A stretch of DNA of 64,000 nt from Candidatus Latescibacterota bacterium (GTDB taxonomy: Bacteria; Latescibacterota; UBA2968; UBA8231): NCBI GenBank assembly GCA_965203175.1, contig OZ241867.1, positions 5,280,001 to 5,344,000 of the forward strand, read 5' to 3'. The notes under the pieces are model-generated. The model was not told where the DNA came from and did no database searches. It saw only the letters and a list, made by a program, of their open reading frames with translations. The translations under genes and the position numbers were made by a program. The stretch's first letter is position 1, and each line of letters opens with the position of its first letter. Below are positions 1 to 10,170 of this stretch, one piece after another.

Positions 1-1095
1 ATTGGCTCCCTGAAACCCACTCATCGCCACCTCGCCAGCCGCGTATAGGCCCTCAATATCCGTCTGACCGTGCACGCCAGTCCACACCCCACCGCAGCTA
101 TAGTGAGCCGCCGGCACCACCGGGATCGGCATCTCAGTCATGTCCACGCCCATTCCCAAACAATGCCGATAGATATTGGGGAATCGGCGGCGGGTCTGGT
201 CGGCATCTTGGCCGGTGACGTCCAAATAGACACACTCGGCACCGCTTTCCTGCATCTGCGCGACAATGGCCCGCGACACCACATCGCGCGTCTGCAATGG
301 GTCGGTAAACGCCTCGCCGCGCCCGTCGATTAGCACGGCACCAAACCCACGCAAAGCCTCGGTAATCAGGAACGAGGGCCGCCCCGGATCGTAGAGCATG
401 GTCGGGTGGAACTGCATAAACTCCATGTTGCTCACCCTAGCTCCGGCCCGCCAAGCCATGGCAACCCCATCGCCGGAGGCCACGCGCGGATTGGTCGTAT
501 GTAAAAAGACCTGCCCGCAACCACCCGTGGCCAGCAGCGTAACCGGCGCCACAGCGGCGATGGGATCGGCTCGCTGCGAGTCCAATACCCAAGCCCCGTG
601 ACAGCGCCGTTGCTCGTCCACCATTAAGTCTATCGCCAAATGGTGATCGTACAAGGTCACCTGCGGCAGCGCTTGCACAGCCGCAACCAAGGCGCGCGTC
701 ACCTCGCGGCCGGTCATATCGTCCGCATGCACCACCCGCGCATGGGCGTGTCCACCTTCGCGCCCCAATGCCAACACCCCGGGCCGCGCTTCGTTGAACT
801 GCGCGCCAATCGCCAACAGCTCGTCCACCACCTCTGGCCCTTCAGCTACCACCCCTTCGACAACCGCGCGGTCGCACAGGCCCGCGCCCGCCGCAACCGT
901 GTCCTGCGCGTGGCTCGCAACCGAGTCGGCTCCATCCATGGCCGCGGCAATCCCGCCCTGCGCGTATTGCGTGTTAGACTCGCGCCGCTCGCGCTTGGTC
1001 ACCACGGCCACGGACCCGTGCTGAGCGGCCTTGAGGGCAAAGAACAAACCGGCAATCCCGCTGCCGAGAACTAAATAATCCGCCTCGATTTTCAT
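1..1095 (-). CDS. nadB: L-aspartate oxidase (5' part; runs off window start)
   Basis: Manual translation of the minus strand from ATG at 1095 gives MKIEADYLVLGSGIAG (FAD-binding GxGxxG) and later PIPVVPAAHYSCGGV...GLYAAGEVA..G.QGAN. The ATG overlaps the upstream stop (ATGA). Confidence 0.9.
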   Translation of the reverse strand, partial: MKIEADYLVLGSGIAGLFFALKAAQHGSVAVVTKRERRESNTQYAQGGIAAAMDGADSVASHAQDTVAAGAGLCDRAVVEGVVAEGPEVVDELLAIGAQFNEARPGVLALGREGGHAHARVVHADDMTGREVTRALVAAVQALPQVTLYDHHLAIDLMVDEQRRCHGAWVLDSQRADPIAAVAPVTLLATGGCGQVFLHTTNPRVASGDGVAMAWRAGARVSNMEFMQFHPTMLYDPGRPSFLITEALRGFGAVLIDGRGEAFTDPLQTRDVVSRAIVAQMQESGAECVYLDVTGQDADQTRRRFPNIYRHCLGMGVDMTEMPIPVVPAAHYSCGGVWTGVHGQTDIEGLYAAGEVAMSGFQGAN

Positions 1096-3761
1096 TTGAT
1101 AAAGATCATTTTTTTGGCGTGGGCGATCGGCCCGATGCGCAACACGTAGTAATACATACCACTGGCCACGCGCTCGCCACGTTCGTCGCGGCCATCCCAA
1201 GAAGTGCTGTACAACCCTGGGGCTGCCAACCCCTCAACTAAGTGCCGCACTAAGCCGCCGGTCAAGGTGCGGACTTCCAACTCGACCATGGTCTGGCCGG
1301 CAACAATGGGGTCGTTGATCCCGATCTGATAGTCGATCTGCGTAGCCTTGTTAAACGGATTGGGATAATTCTGTCCCAGGGCAAAGTTCAGCGGTATGCG
1401 CGGGTCGAAGTTGAGGAAGGGCTGCCAGTTGACATCGCCGCTGATTCGGGCTGTAATCCAACTCTCGTCCTCATTCCCCCACCAATTGTTAATCGCCTGC
1501 AGTGATTGATCAGTTTGGTTGTCGATCAGTTGCTCACCCTCTTGAACGCCATTCAAGACCAGCCGCGCCGGTACCACGCTCCCCTCCACCCGCAGGGCCA
1601 ACGCATTGCGGAAGAATTGATTGCGCACAATGCGCGGGCGCGCGCTTCTAGACCAAAGACCAACTTCGTGATTGTACAGCGCGTTGTCCTCGATCTCGAC
1701 CTCCCGCGTCTCCACGCAGTAAATTCCAATCCCACCAGCAAACGAATTGCCCGCCACCTTGCCGCTGGCCCCCCGCCCCAAGACCAAGTTGGCTTCCTCG
1801 GGCGCGGACGAGCCGTTATTGTTGAAACGACTGTCGAGCAACGATAAATACCCACCTTCGCGCCAGAGGCCAGCGCGGCCATTGTCGTGCAGCTCGGCTT
1901 GGTTTATCCGCATCAAGCCCGAGCCGGCGATCCAAATGCCCACGCCACCCGATTCCTCGACCTGAACGCCATCAAAGATGATCTCCTCTTCGATGTTTTC
2001 TAAGCGAATGCCGTCCTCGCCAGCGTGGCGGATTGCCACATCTTCCAAGGTAATGGTGTGGTCGAGCTTTTTGGCCAATAGCCCATAGCGGGCATGGTCG
2101 ATATGGACGCTGCGCAAATATACCGAGGAGGTTGAGTGCAGTACGATGCCCTGCCAATCTCCGGGCTGCGGGTCGGCTGCCGCCGAGCGAAAGGCGGTTT
2201 GCCCATGCCCCGAAACACCGACGATGAGGTCGCCGTACACTATCAGCTCCACGCGCGCTGTATCCGCACCCGCAGCCAGCGCATCCGGCCCCACTAGCAC
2301 CTCCGCACCAGTGCGGACATCGAGATGCCCTCCAGGCAGAACGGTCACGTCGCCGACGATTTCAATGCGGTTCCTCCAAATTTCCATAGCGATAATCGGG
2401 CCGGCGCGACGGTGGTCTTGCAGCTTGAGGTCGGCCATCATCCGGTCACCCTCGCGGCGGATGCGGGTCACACTAACCCCAGTAGTGGACGCCGGATTGG
2501 ACGCAGCCCAGAAGTCGGTAAATTGCTCGCCGTCAAACACGTCGGTGGCGTCTCCGAGGTTGCCGCCAAAATCCGTGCGATAGCGGTCGTCGTGCGCCCA
2601 AAAGTCGAGGTTGTCGCGGCCGCTAAATGGGGCGGGCTTACGGCCTAAGGGGAAACCCGCATCCCTAAAAAGCCCATCGGCGCATACTAAGTCCACCTGT
2701 TTAATGGCTTCCATATTATTGCCGTTGCGATTGGGATTTATGCGCCAGATCAGCAAGCCTTCACCGGGCAGATTGCGCTCGTAGTAGCTGTGCTGGCGGC
2801 TGCGGAACTCCACGAGGAAAAAGTGTTCGGCAGGCGCGTGTGCGGGCAGCAAATATACATCGCCGCCGGCGTTGACATCGGCAAAGATTACGTCGTCTTG
2901 GTCCTCGCTCAGTGCTTTAAGCTGTTGGTTGTTTACCCCCAGCCAGCCGAGCTGCCCCAAGCTCCAAGCGCAAAAGGGGTTGGGGCCACTTATCTCGTCC
3001 CAGCCTCGGATGCCGTGCCCCATCAAGCCCCAATAGCCAATGCCGCCCGAGTCTTGGTCCGGCTCGGATCCGCGGTCGAGATCGTATAAGTCGGGCAGGC
3101 CCAGAAAGTGCCCAAACTCGTGGGCCATGATGCCCACGGCATCGGCGAAATTCTTGCCGCGCTGCACGGAGCCGCTTTTCGACTGGACCTGGATGAAGCC
3201 GCCGTGCAAAGCGCGGTCTTGGCTCACGAAGTCATAGCCCAACCCTAGCCGGGCAACACCTGTGGCATCTCCGACGATAAAGCCCGGCGGAGCCGAGGCC
3301 GAGACGATAAAAATATAATCCACGTATCCATCGTCATCGCCGGAGTTGGGCACTCCGTCGGGGCCGTCGTTGTCGTAGCGGCTAAAATCCACGTCGGCAT
3401 CAGCAGCCTCTATGATCTCGCGGGCAAAGCGGCCATAACCAGCCTCCATGTCCACGTACGAGTCGGCATTGCTGCGGGACGCATACCGGCGGGGCAGCAC
3501 CTCGCCGGTGAGTTCGAACTGACCGCGCGACATCTCGCGGTAGAAATGGGTCAGGCTACCCGGCTGCTCGGTGAAAATCTCCGCCGCAAAAGACGGGGGA
3601 TCGCGGCCCAAGCCGCCCTCATCGGCAAAGCGCGCAAAGATGGTCAGGGCGTGGATGTGCCCGGTTTGGGGGGCGATGTCTTGCAGGGGGGTCGCGCCGG
3701 CCTCGGCGGCGATGACCCAAGCGACGACGAGGGCGTTTTTGGCAGCGGATTTAATCATCAA
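1092..3761 (-). CDS. Secreted M6 (immune inhibitor A-like) metalloprotease with beta-helix region and C-terminal FlgD-Ig/T9SS-like domain
   Basis: Signal-like N-terminus, HEFGHFLGLPDLYD zincin motif, GYWGLMG Met-turn, parallel beta-helix repeats, C-terminal QNYPNPFN...WDGRDERGERVASGMYYY. Confidence 0.85.
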   Translation of the reverse strand: MMIKSAAKNALVVAWVIAAEAGATPLQDIAPQTGHIHALTIFARFADEGGLGRDPPSFAAEIFTEQPGSLTHFYREMSRGQFELTGEVLPRRYASRSNADSYVDMEAGYGRFAREIIEAADADVDFSRYDNDGPDGVPNSGDDDGYVDYIFIVSASAPPGFIVGDATGVARLGLGYDFVSQDRALHGGFIQVQSKSGSVQRGKNFADAVGIMAHEFGHFLGLPDLYDLDRGSEPDQDSGGIGYWGLMGHGIRGWDEISGPNPFCAWSLGQLGWLGVNNQQLKALSEDQDDVIFADVNAGGDVYLLPAHAPAEHFFLVEFRSRQHSYYERNLPGEGLLIWRINPNRNGNNMEAIKQVDLVCADGLFRDAGFPLGRKPAPFSGRDNLDFWAHDDRYRTDFGGNLGDATDVFDGEQFTDFWAASNPASTTGVSVTRIRREGDRMMADLKLQDHRRAGPIIAMEIWRNRIEIVGDVTVLPGGHLDVRTGAEVLVGPDALAAGADTARVELIVYGDLIVGVSGHGQTAFRSAAADPQPGDWQGIVLHSTSSVYLRSVHIDHARYGLLAKKLDHTITLEDVAIRHAGEDGIRLENIEEEIIFDGVQVEESGGVGIWIAGSGLMRINQAELHDNGRAGLWREGGYLSLLDSRFNNNGSSAPEEANLVLGRGASGKVAGNSFAGGIGIYCVETREVEIEDNALYNHEVGLWSRSARPRIVRNQFFRNALALRVEGSVVPARLVLNGVQEGEQLIDNQTDQSLQAINNWWGNEDESWITARISGDVNWQPFLNFDPRIPLNFALGQNYPNPFNKATQIDYQIGINDPIVAGQTMVELEVRTLTGGLVRHLVEGLAAPGLYSTSWDGRDERGERVASGMYYYVLRIGPIAHAKKMIFIK

Positions 3762-3953
3762 ATTCAGGAGGGAAGCCGGATCAAGTGGCCCGTTTCAACT
3801 TGGACTTGGCGCACTTGATGCCCTCTGTGGAAAGATCGTCTAAGAGAAGCGGTACGGGTGGCAGACCGTTCATGGCCGCAGAAGTTATTCCAAACGTTTG
3901 ATGGATTCGAACAGTGCTTTTATTGGGAGGCATATTTCAACTTATCTGCGCCG

Positions 3954-5507
3954 CTAATGCTTGTCAATATGACCTCGGGTCCAGTCAATCTGTACGCCCC
4001 CGTAGTGCCTCAGCCGCTGGTCGCGCTGGATGCGGTAGCGGCTGCTCAGCCGCCAGCCGCGATAGGCAGTCTCCACGAGCGCGTACCCGCGCCAGCCCGT
4101 GCCGTAGAGCGAACGAATGCTCACGGCCCCGGGCAGATCCGCTTCGTATTCGTAAATCCGCGTCCAATACGAGTCCGTGCGGAAACGGCTCACGTGCAAG
4201 GTGAGCCAGCGCGTCTTAACCCGCACGCTGCCCAACAGGCCCCACTCGGCGCGAGCAGCGCGGTGCCAGCGCACCAATTCACTGCGCCAGCGCCAAGCTC
4301 CCCGCTCAAAGTCCAAACGCCATTTGTGGCTGCGCTCTTGCACCAACCGCTCGTCCGCCCAGCGCGGCCGCAGCCGTCTTTGCCACTGCCCGCGCATAGC
4401 CCAGTGGCGGCCCCACCGCTGCCGTAACTCGCCCCCCCAAGTAGCATACGTGACCGGCACCGGTATGAAGTAGGAGCGCGCGGGCCGACGATACACATCC
4501 ACGTAGCCACGCCAGCCACGCCCACTGACCTCAGCGACGCCACCCCGTTCGTTTTGCATGGCCGAAGTCCCTGGAGCCGCGCCAAAGAAGCTGTGGAACC
4601 CCGGCGCGTAGTAGCGGCCCAGCGTCCTCAGCCGCAGACCCCCATGCCGCCCTCGCAGTTCCCCAACTATCCCCCAGTGCCCCATCCCATCGCCAGCCAT
4701 CTCCAACGCCGCTCGGCCCCGATCCCAATCCACGCGCACATCCACAGCCCCCATGCGCTGCTCGTCGCCGACAAAGCCCCAAGGCGTCCGCCCATTCCGG
4801 CGCAAGTCGATATAATGGGAAAAGTCCAAGGCCAGCAGGGTCGTGCCCCACTGCCAATGCTCACCCCGCCAGTGCAGCCGACCACCACCAGCCCGAATGC
4901 CCAGCAGGTCGCGGCCAGCCACCTCGGTCGCAGTCACGTGATAGCCGCTCTCGGGTAGCGACCGCACCTGCCCTTGCTCGTCCAAGCGCCCATCCCGGCG
5001 CGTCCAACCCCCGAGCAGCATTCCACTCCACACCCGCCCCTCATAGCGCCACGCCGCGCCGCGCAGGGCGTGGTTCTCTCCGCTAGAGCGATACCCCAAG
5101 CGCCGACTGTCGCCCGCCGGCATCCTCGGCGCAATACTCCCGCGCCGGTAGCGCCCAAACACCAAGCCCGCACCCGTACCGGCCCGCAGGTCGCCGACGA
5201 CCCATTCGGATCGCCGCCTCTGCACTGCGTAATAAAACGTCCTAAAATCGCTCCACCCGGACTCGCCTGGGTCGCGCTCGGCCAAGCCAAAAAACGCCTG
5301 TCCGCTGACCGGCGCGACCTCCACCCGCTGATACATCTGCCACCGTTCCCGAGCCGCTTCGGCCCCGCGCACCCGCCACCGCACAGCCGCCGCGTCTAGC
5401 CCTCCCAAATCGTCCAACCGCTGCTCCAAATAACCCGCGTCCTCCTCCCCCAAATCCCCCTCGGCCCACACCGGGCCGACCAATACCAACACCAACAGTC
5501 GCCACAT
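3954..5507 (-). CDS. Putative outer-membrane beta-barrel protein resembling the C-terminal part of the FCB-group ComEA/HhH-associated family
   Basis: Signal peptide, amphipathic Trp/Arg-rich strands, motifs VVGDLRAGTGAGLVFG and RIYEYEADLPG..SIRSLYGTGWRGY recalled from that family. Confidence 0.5.
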   Translation of the reverse strand: MWRLLVLVLVGPVWAEGDLGEEDAGYLEQRLDDLGGLDAAAVRWRVRGAEAARERWQMYQRVEVAPVSGQAFFGLAERDPGESGWSDFRTFYYAVQRRRSEWVVGDLRAGTGAGLVFGRYRRGSIAPRMPAGDSRRLGYRSSGENHALRGAAWRYEGRVWSGMLLGGWTRRDGRLDEQGQVRSLPESGYHVTATEVAGRDLLGIRAGGGRLHWRGEHWQWGTTLLALDFSHYIDLRRNGRTPWGFVGDEQRMGAVDVRVDWDRGRAALEMAGDGMGHWGIVGELRGRHGGLRLRTLGRYYAPGFHSFFGAAPGTSAMQNERGGVAEVSGRGWRGYVDVYRRPARSYFIPVPVTYATWGGELRQRWGRHWAMRGQWQRRLRPRWADERLVQERSHKWRLDFERGAWRWRSELVRWHRAARAEWGLLGSVRVKTRWLTLHVSRFRTDSYWTRIYEYEADLPGAVSIRSLYGTGWRGYALVETAYRGWRLSSRYRIQRDQRLRHYGGVQIDWTRGHIDKH

Positions 5508-5693
5508 AGTCTTTCCTCCTTTTTCTCGACTATTGCAACGACTGTGCCATGAGGCTCGGTCAGTGGCAGAAACAGTGGCTAGTGTATCCTTTGATTCCCT
5601 ATTCTGTTTCCTTTAGGTTACAGTCCCAAGCGGGCAGTCGCCGAGGCGGATTGGGCGGTTTGCAGTAACCACCGTCCCCCAAAGAGACCATAC

Positions 5694-6536
5694 GTGAGAA
5701 CCCTTAAATACACCATTCTGCTCGCCAATGCCCTGCTCATCGCCTGCGGCGACGATGACAATCCCATTGACGGCAGTAGAGATCATACTGGTAATACAGA
5801 GAGCCGTGGACGAGGACAACTCGCCGCGGCTCAAGAGCACGATGGCGGGGGCAATGCGATTGGGAATGCAGAGAGCCATTGGCGGGGGATCGAGATCCGT
5901 CCCGAAAGTAGATGTTCTCCCTATGATCGCAGCGACTATCGCTACCCACAGTCCGTCGAGCTTGTCATTATCAAAGAGCTCGGCGGCATATACAGCCCGT
6001 ACACGGGACGCTGTTTTTCTAGCCGGTGGGAGACGGACATCGAGCACATAGTCGCGCTTTCCGAAGCGCACGACAGTGGGCTATGCGAGCCTGTCCCCAA
6101 TATCATGCAGCTGCGTCAAACCTTTGCTTCCGATCCGCTCAACCTGACGCTTGCAAGCCCCGAATTAAACCGCGGCCGCAAGCGACACTACGATGGTGCC
6201 GAATGGATGCCGCCCATGAATAGATGCTGGTTTGCCCAGCGCATCGTCGAAGTGCGCAGCGAGTATGGCCTCACTATTGACCGCAGAGAAGCGGAAGCAC
6301 TGGAGCGCATACTTTCGACGTGCTCTTCTGTCGAGATGGAGTTTATTGATTGTGCAGCGGAGGTCTCGGAAGTTAGACTGGCAAGCTCAGATGCGCTTAG
6401 CGAGTATGACGACGACGGCAATGGGCGCATCACTTGCGCGGAGGCGCGACGGCATGGCATTGCTCCGGTGCCGCGCAACCATCCGGCCTATCCATTTATG
6501 AACGACGGGGATGGCGACGGCGTCGTATGCGAATGA
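5694..6536 (+). CDS. Lipoprotein HNH-type nuclease (DUF1524/GmrSD C-terminal-like) with excalibur-like Ca-binding tail
   Basis: Lipobox LLIAC; DIEHIVALSEAHDSG and DPLNLTLASPELNRGRK; C-terminal ITCAEAR...AYPFMNDGDGDGVVCE. Confidence 0.75.
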   Translation: MRTLKYTILLANALLIACGDDDNPIDGSRDHTGNTESRGRGQLAAAQEHDGGGNAIGNAESHWRGIEIRPESRCSPYDRSDYRYPQSVELVIIKELGGIYSPYTGRCFSSRWETDIEHIVALSEAHDSGLCEPVPNIMQLRQTFASDPLNLTLASPELNRGRKRHYDGAEWMPPMNRCWFAQRIVEVRSEYGLTIDRREAEALERILSTCSSVEMEFIDCAAEVSEVRLASSDALSEYDDDGNGRITCAEARRHGIAPVPRNHPAYPFMNDGDGDGVVCE

Positions 6537-6618
6537 ACCATCATCCGGCTCAAATCGTCGCTGGCCGTATTCTATCGGAGTCTGTACTGTTATTTTATCT
6601 GAGACTTGGAGGATCGCG

Positions 6619-6855
6619 ATGAAGGAAATAGGTATTTCCGAATTCAAGGCGAAGTGCATCGACGAATTGAAGAAGGTGCAACGGACGGGGGAACCGCTCC
6701 TCGTGACCTTGAACAAACGGCCCATAGCCACGGTCAACCCATACCGCGAAGAAAGCCGCTCAAACAGAGAGCTAGGCAAACTGCGCGGCCGGATGACTAT
6801 CCACGGCGACATCGTTCATACTGATTTCGGGGATGAGTGGGAGATGAATTCGTGA
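6619..6855 (+). CDS. Phd/YefM family antitoxin
   Basis: MKEIGISEFKAKC...GEPLLVTLNKRPIATV; GGAGG RBS before ATG 6619; overlaps the toxin start. Confidence 0.85.
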   Translation: MKEIGISEFKAKCIDELKKVQRTGEPLLVTLNKRPIATVNPYREESRSNRELGKLRGRMTIHGDIVHTDFGDEWEMNS

Positions 6856-7253
6856 GGATCCTACTCGATACGCATGTATGGATCTGGTCACAGGAATCGC
6901 CGGAACAACTCGGTCCAGACGCACGGAGTACCGTCGCCGACGAGGCCAATGCACTTCTCGTCTCAACTGCATCATCGCTGGAAATCGCACGCTTAGTGTG
7001 GGGAGGCCGGCTGACCCTAGCAGGCCGACTTGAGACTTGGATATCCGAATCGCTCGATGCACTGCTCGCCGAAACCGTTCCCCTCACTCACGAGATCGCC
7101 ATCGCGGCCTATAATCTACCCGGGGAATTTCACCGCGACCCTGCCGACCGAATGCTAGTCGCTACCGCCGTCGTGCACGACCTGACCTTTATGACCGCTG
7201 ACGAGCGCATCCTAGCTTATTCCCATCTACTCTCGCTCGACGCACGCAAATGA
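6852..7253 (+). CDS. VapC/PIN-domain toxin
   Basis: GTG start; ILLDTHVWIW, S..EI and HRDPADRMLVATA...TADERI PIN motifs. Confidence 0.9.
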   Translation: MRILLDTHVWIWSQESPEQLGPDARSTVADEANALLVSTASSLEIARLVWGGRLTLAGRLETWISESLDALLAETVPLTHEIAIAAYNLPGEFHRDPADRMLVATAVVHDLTFMTADERILAYSHLLSLDARK

Positions 7254-8863
7254 ACGAAAATCGGCGAGTTAAAGACGTTGCAGGGTACCTGAAGGAAGTC
7301 TCAAAGATAAAAGCTGAATGGACCAACTCTACTTTGGTATTTCGAGGTCAGGAAAACGAGGAGTGGCCTTTGGCGTCTTCAGCGGAGCGCCGTCTGAAGA
7401 AGAGTCTCCCAAGCCAAAACAGAATACCCGACCGATTATTCATTGAATACCACGAAGACCTGCTGAAGAAATGCAAGCAGAAGAACTACGACCAGCGCGA
7501 GCGGAAGCAATTAGACGACTTAGAGCTACTCGCTGATCTTCAGCATCACGGAGCTGCAACCTGCATAGACTTTACGCGCAATGCCCTCGTCGCTTTGTGG
7601 TTCGCCTGTGAAAAGTCAGAGAAGAATGGGAAGGTATTTGTCGTCAATAGAGCTGCTGAGAAGACCTTTTCGGAAATAGCGCACGAGATAAAAAAACCAA
7701 TAAGCTACATCCTCCAGTTCAAAGCCCGTGAGACCAATAATGATCAGGAGATCGGACGTCCGACACCGGAAACTTTAGCGGTATCCCCAAACAAATCAAC
7801 CTTCTGGCACTGGACACCGGCCCACCTGAACGAACGCATAACGGCGCAGCACTCTCTATTCCTCTTCGGCCTCCCTTCATCGGAAGACCTGAATTCGGAA
7901 GAGATACTCATCGAATCAGGAAATAAAAAACTGATACGAAGAGAGTTGGAAGAACTACACGACATCCATGAAGAATCTCTCTTCCCGGATTTCGTGGGCT
8001 TTGCCCATACTCAGCGTTATAATGCTCCCTACTCCACTCCTGATGCCAAGGAATATTTCCGCCGCGGAGTTGAGGCAGGTCAACGGGGGCAATATTCGGA
8101 AGCCATCGAAAAATTTACCAAGGCAATTCGACTAGACCCGGATGATCCCGAAAAGTATCATCTTCGTGGCCGTGCTTACCTTGACAGAGGCGATTATGAC
8201 CACGCGATCCAAGATTTGACCAATGCGATTTCACGAGATTTTAAGTTCGCCGACACATATTTCCTTCGCGGCCATGCTTACCTCAAAAAAAACAAACATG
8301 AAGACGCGATTAAAGACTTTGCCAACGCGATTCGACTTCAACCGGATGCCTTTAACTATATTATGCGCAGCTATGCCTACTACGGAAAGGGAAAGTACTG
8401 CCACGCCATCCAAGATGCTACAAAGGCGATTCAGCTTAAACCGGATTTCGCTGAAGCATATTATGCACGTGGCCTTGCTTATTTCAGCAAGGAAAAGTAT
8501 GACCTAACGATTATAAACACTACCGAAGCGATTCAACTTAAATCGGATTATGCCGAAGCCTATGGTATTCGTGGTCTTTCCTATAGAAGAAAAGACGAAT
8601 ATGAAAACGCCATCCACAATTTTACCAAGACGATTGAACTGAATCCCGAATGGGAAAACACCTATTACTTTCGAGGCGTTACCCTGTTAGCCTTGGAAAG
8701 ATGGCAGGAAGCCAAATTAGATCTGACCACCGCTAAGAATATGGGATTGAACATCGTCTCTTCCTTTCGACGGGAGTACAACAGCGTCGCCGACTTTGAG
8801 CAAGAAACCGGAATTACCTTGCCAGAAGACATAGCGGCAATGCTGACAGAAAGCGAAAATTGA
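7250..8863 (+). CDS. FRG-domain protein with C-terminal TPR repeats
   Basis: VFRGQ, LQHHGAATCIDFT.NALVALWFAC and NERITAQHSLF (FRG domain), followed by about 7 TPRs (e.g. YFRRG...AIEKFTKAIRLDP). Confidence 0.85.
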   Translation: MNENRRVKDVAGYLKEVSKIKAEWTNSTLVFRGQENEEWPLASSAERRLKKSLPSQNRIPDRLFIEYHEDLLKKCKQKNYDQRERKQLDDLELLADLQHHGAATCIDFTRNALVALWFACEKSEKNGKVFVVNRAAEKTFSEIAHEIKKPISYILQFKARETNNDQEIGRPTPETLAVSPNKSTFWHWTPAHLNERITAQHSLFLFGLPSSEDLNSEEILIESGNKKLIRRELEELHDIHEESLFPDFVGFAHTQRYNAPYSTPDAKEYFRRGVEAGQRGQYSEAIEKFTKAIRLDPDDPEKYHLRGRAYLDRGDYDHAIQDLTNAISRDFKFADTYFLRGHAYLKKNKHEDAIKDFANAIRLQPDAFNYIMRSYAYYGKGKYCHAIQDATKAIQLKPDFAEAYYARGLAYFSKEKYDLTIINTTEAIQLKSDYAEAYGIRGLSYRRKDEYENAIHNFTKTIELNPEWENTYYFRGVTLLALERWQEAKLDLTTAKNMGLNIVSSFRREYNSVADFEQETGITLPEDIAAMLTESEN

Positions 8864-8903
8864 CTCCGTACACCTCTAAGCCCACCCCATGAGGAGCACC
8901 CAC

Positions 8904-9722
8904 ATGAAACTCACCACCTGCAACGAGTACTTCGCCGACTGGCCCATCGAAGAGGTCTTCGACTACGCCGCCGACCTCGGCTACGAAGCCGTCGAAATCG
9001 CCCCCTTTACTCTCGCCGACAGCGTCGAAGACATCTCCGCGTCGCGCCGCGCCCAAATCCGCGTTGCCGCCGAACGCGCCGGCGTGGAAATCGCCGGTCT
9101 GCACTGGCTCTTGGCCAGTCCCGACGGGCTGTACATCACCCATCCCGACCCAGCCATCTACCAGCGCACCTGCGCGTACTTCAAGGAGCTAGTCCAATTC
9201 TGCGGCGACCTCGGTGGCCAAGTGATGATCATCGGCTCGCCCATGCAGCGCAACGTACAGGAGGGGTGGGATTACCAAGAGTGCTGGAACCGCATGCGCG
9301 GAGCGTTTGAAGGCAGCTTGGAATTGGCCGAGCAGCACGGCGTCTATCTCTGCATAGAGTCGCTGAGCAAGGAGCAGACGAACATCATCACCACCTGTGC
9401 AGAAGCGCGCAAAATGATCGCCGAAATTGACCACCCGCACTTCCAAACCATGGTCGATGTATGCTCCGGCTCGACCGAAGAAATTCCCGTCGCCCAGCTT
9501 TTGCGCGACTCCGGCGAGCACCTCTACCACGTCCACGTCAACGACGCCAACAAGCGCGGCCCCGGCTTTGGCAACACCGACTTCGCCAGCGTCATGCGGA
9601 CGCTCAAAGAGCTGGACTACCAGCGCTACGTCTCAGTAGAAGTGTTCGATTTTAACCCGGATCCGCGCACTATCGCCGCTGGCAGTTTGCACTACCTCAA
9701 GGGCCTTGCCGACGCCCTGTGA
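8904..9722 (+). CDS. Sugar phosphate isomerase/epimerase (D-psicose/tagatose 3-epimerase-like TIM barrel)
   Basis: GYEAVEIAPF, CIESL, HVHVND..RGPGFG and YVSVEVF motifs; GAGGAG RBS. Confidence 0.85.
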   Translation: MKLTTCNEYFADWPIEEVFDYAADLGYEAVEIAPFTLADSVEDISASRRAQIRVAAERAGVEIAGLHWLLASPDGLYITHPDPAIYQRTCAYFKELVQFCGDLGGQVMIIGSPMQRNVQEGWDYQECWNRMRGAFEGSLELAEQHGVYLCIESLSKEQTNIITTCAEARKMIAEIDHPHFQTMVDVCSGSTEEIPVAQLLRDSGEHLYHVHVNDANKRGPGFGNTDFASVMRTLKELDYQRYVSVEVFDFNPDPRTIAAGSLHYLKGLADAL

Positions 9723-9794
9723 CACAAACCCACCTCCCTTGACAGTAGCGCCCTTTTTGCGAACTTTCGGGCGCTCATAAAGAAAGGATTTCTC

Positions 9795-10163
9795 ATGCCT
9801 AACTACACCCTCAACCACGTCCACCACGAAGCCGTCGACGTCCACGCCGCGGTTGACTGGTACAAAAAGCTCTTCGGCGCCACCAACGATCCGCCCTTTG
9901 AGCGCGGCGGTGCGACTTGGGTTCCAGTTCATATCGGTGCCGTGCAAATCACCGTCACGGACCGCGAGTTTGCCCCCATGGAATTGGGGCGCTACCAAGG
10001 CTACGACCACATCGCCCTCGTCTCCGACGACTTCGATCAAACCCTCGCCGACATCGCCGAGCACGGCGTCGAGATCTGGATGGGGCCGGTGACGCTCGAC
10101 AACGGCAGCCGCATTGTATTCATCAACGGCCCAGACAACGTCAAGATCGAGTTGATGGAGTAG
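9795..10163 (+). CDS. VOC/glyoxalase family protein
   Basis: LNHVH...WYKKLFG, DHIAL, FINGPDNVKIELME. Confidence 0.85.
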   Translation: MPNYTLNHVHHEAVDVHAAVDWYKKLFGATNDPPFERGGATWVPVHIGAVQITVTDREFAPMELGRYQGYDHIALVSDDFDQTLADIAEHGVEIWMGPVTLDNGSRIVFINGPDNVKIELME

Positions 10164-10170
10164 CGCTAGG

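Noticed and set aside
3780-3819. ATCAAGTG...CACTTGAT inverted repeat upstream of the first M6 gene
   Set aside because: A single 8-bp pair with a long spacer; no supporting copies or known motif.
5616-5670. Possible structured RNA (GGTTAC/GTAACC and CCCAA/TTGGG stems) upstream of the nuclease
   Set aside because: Short, asymmetric stems with no recognisable riboswitch consensus; compatible with chance.
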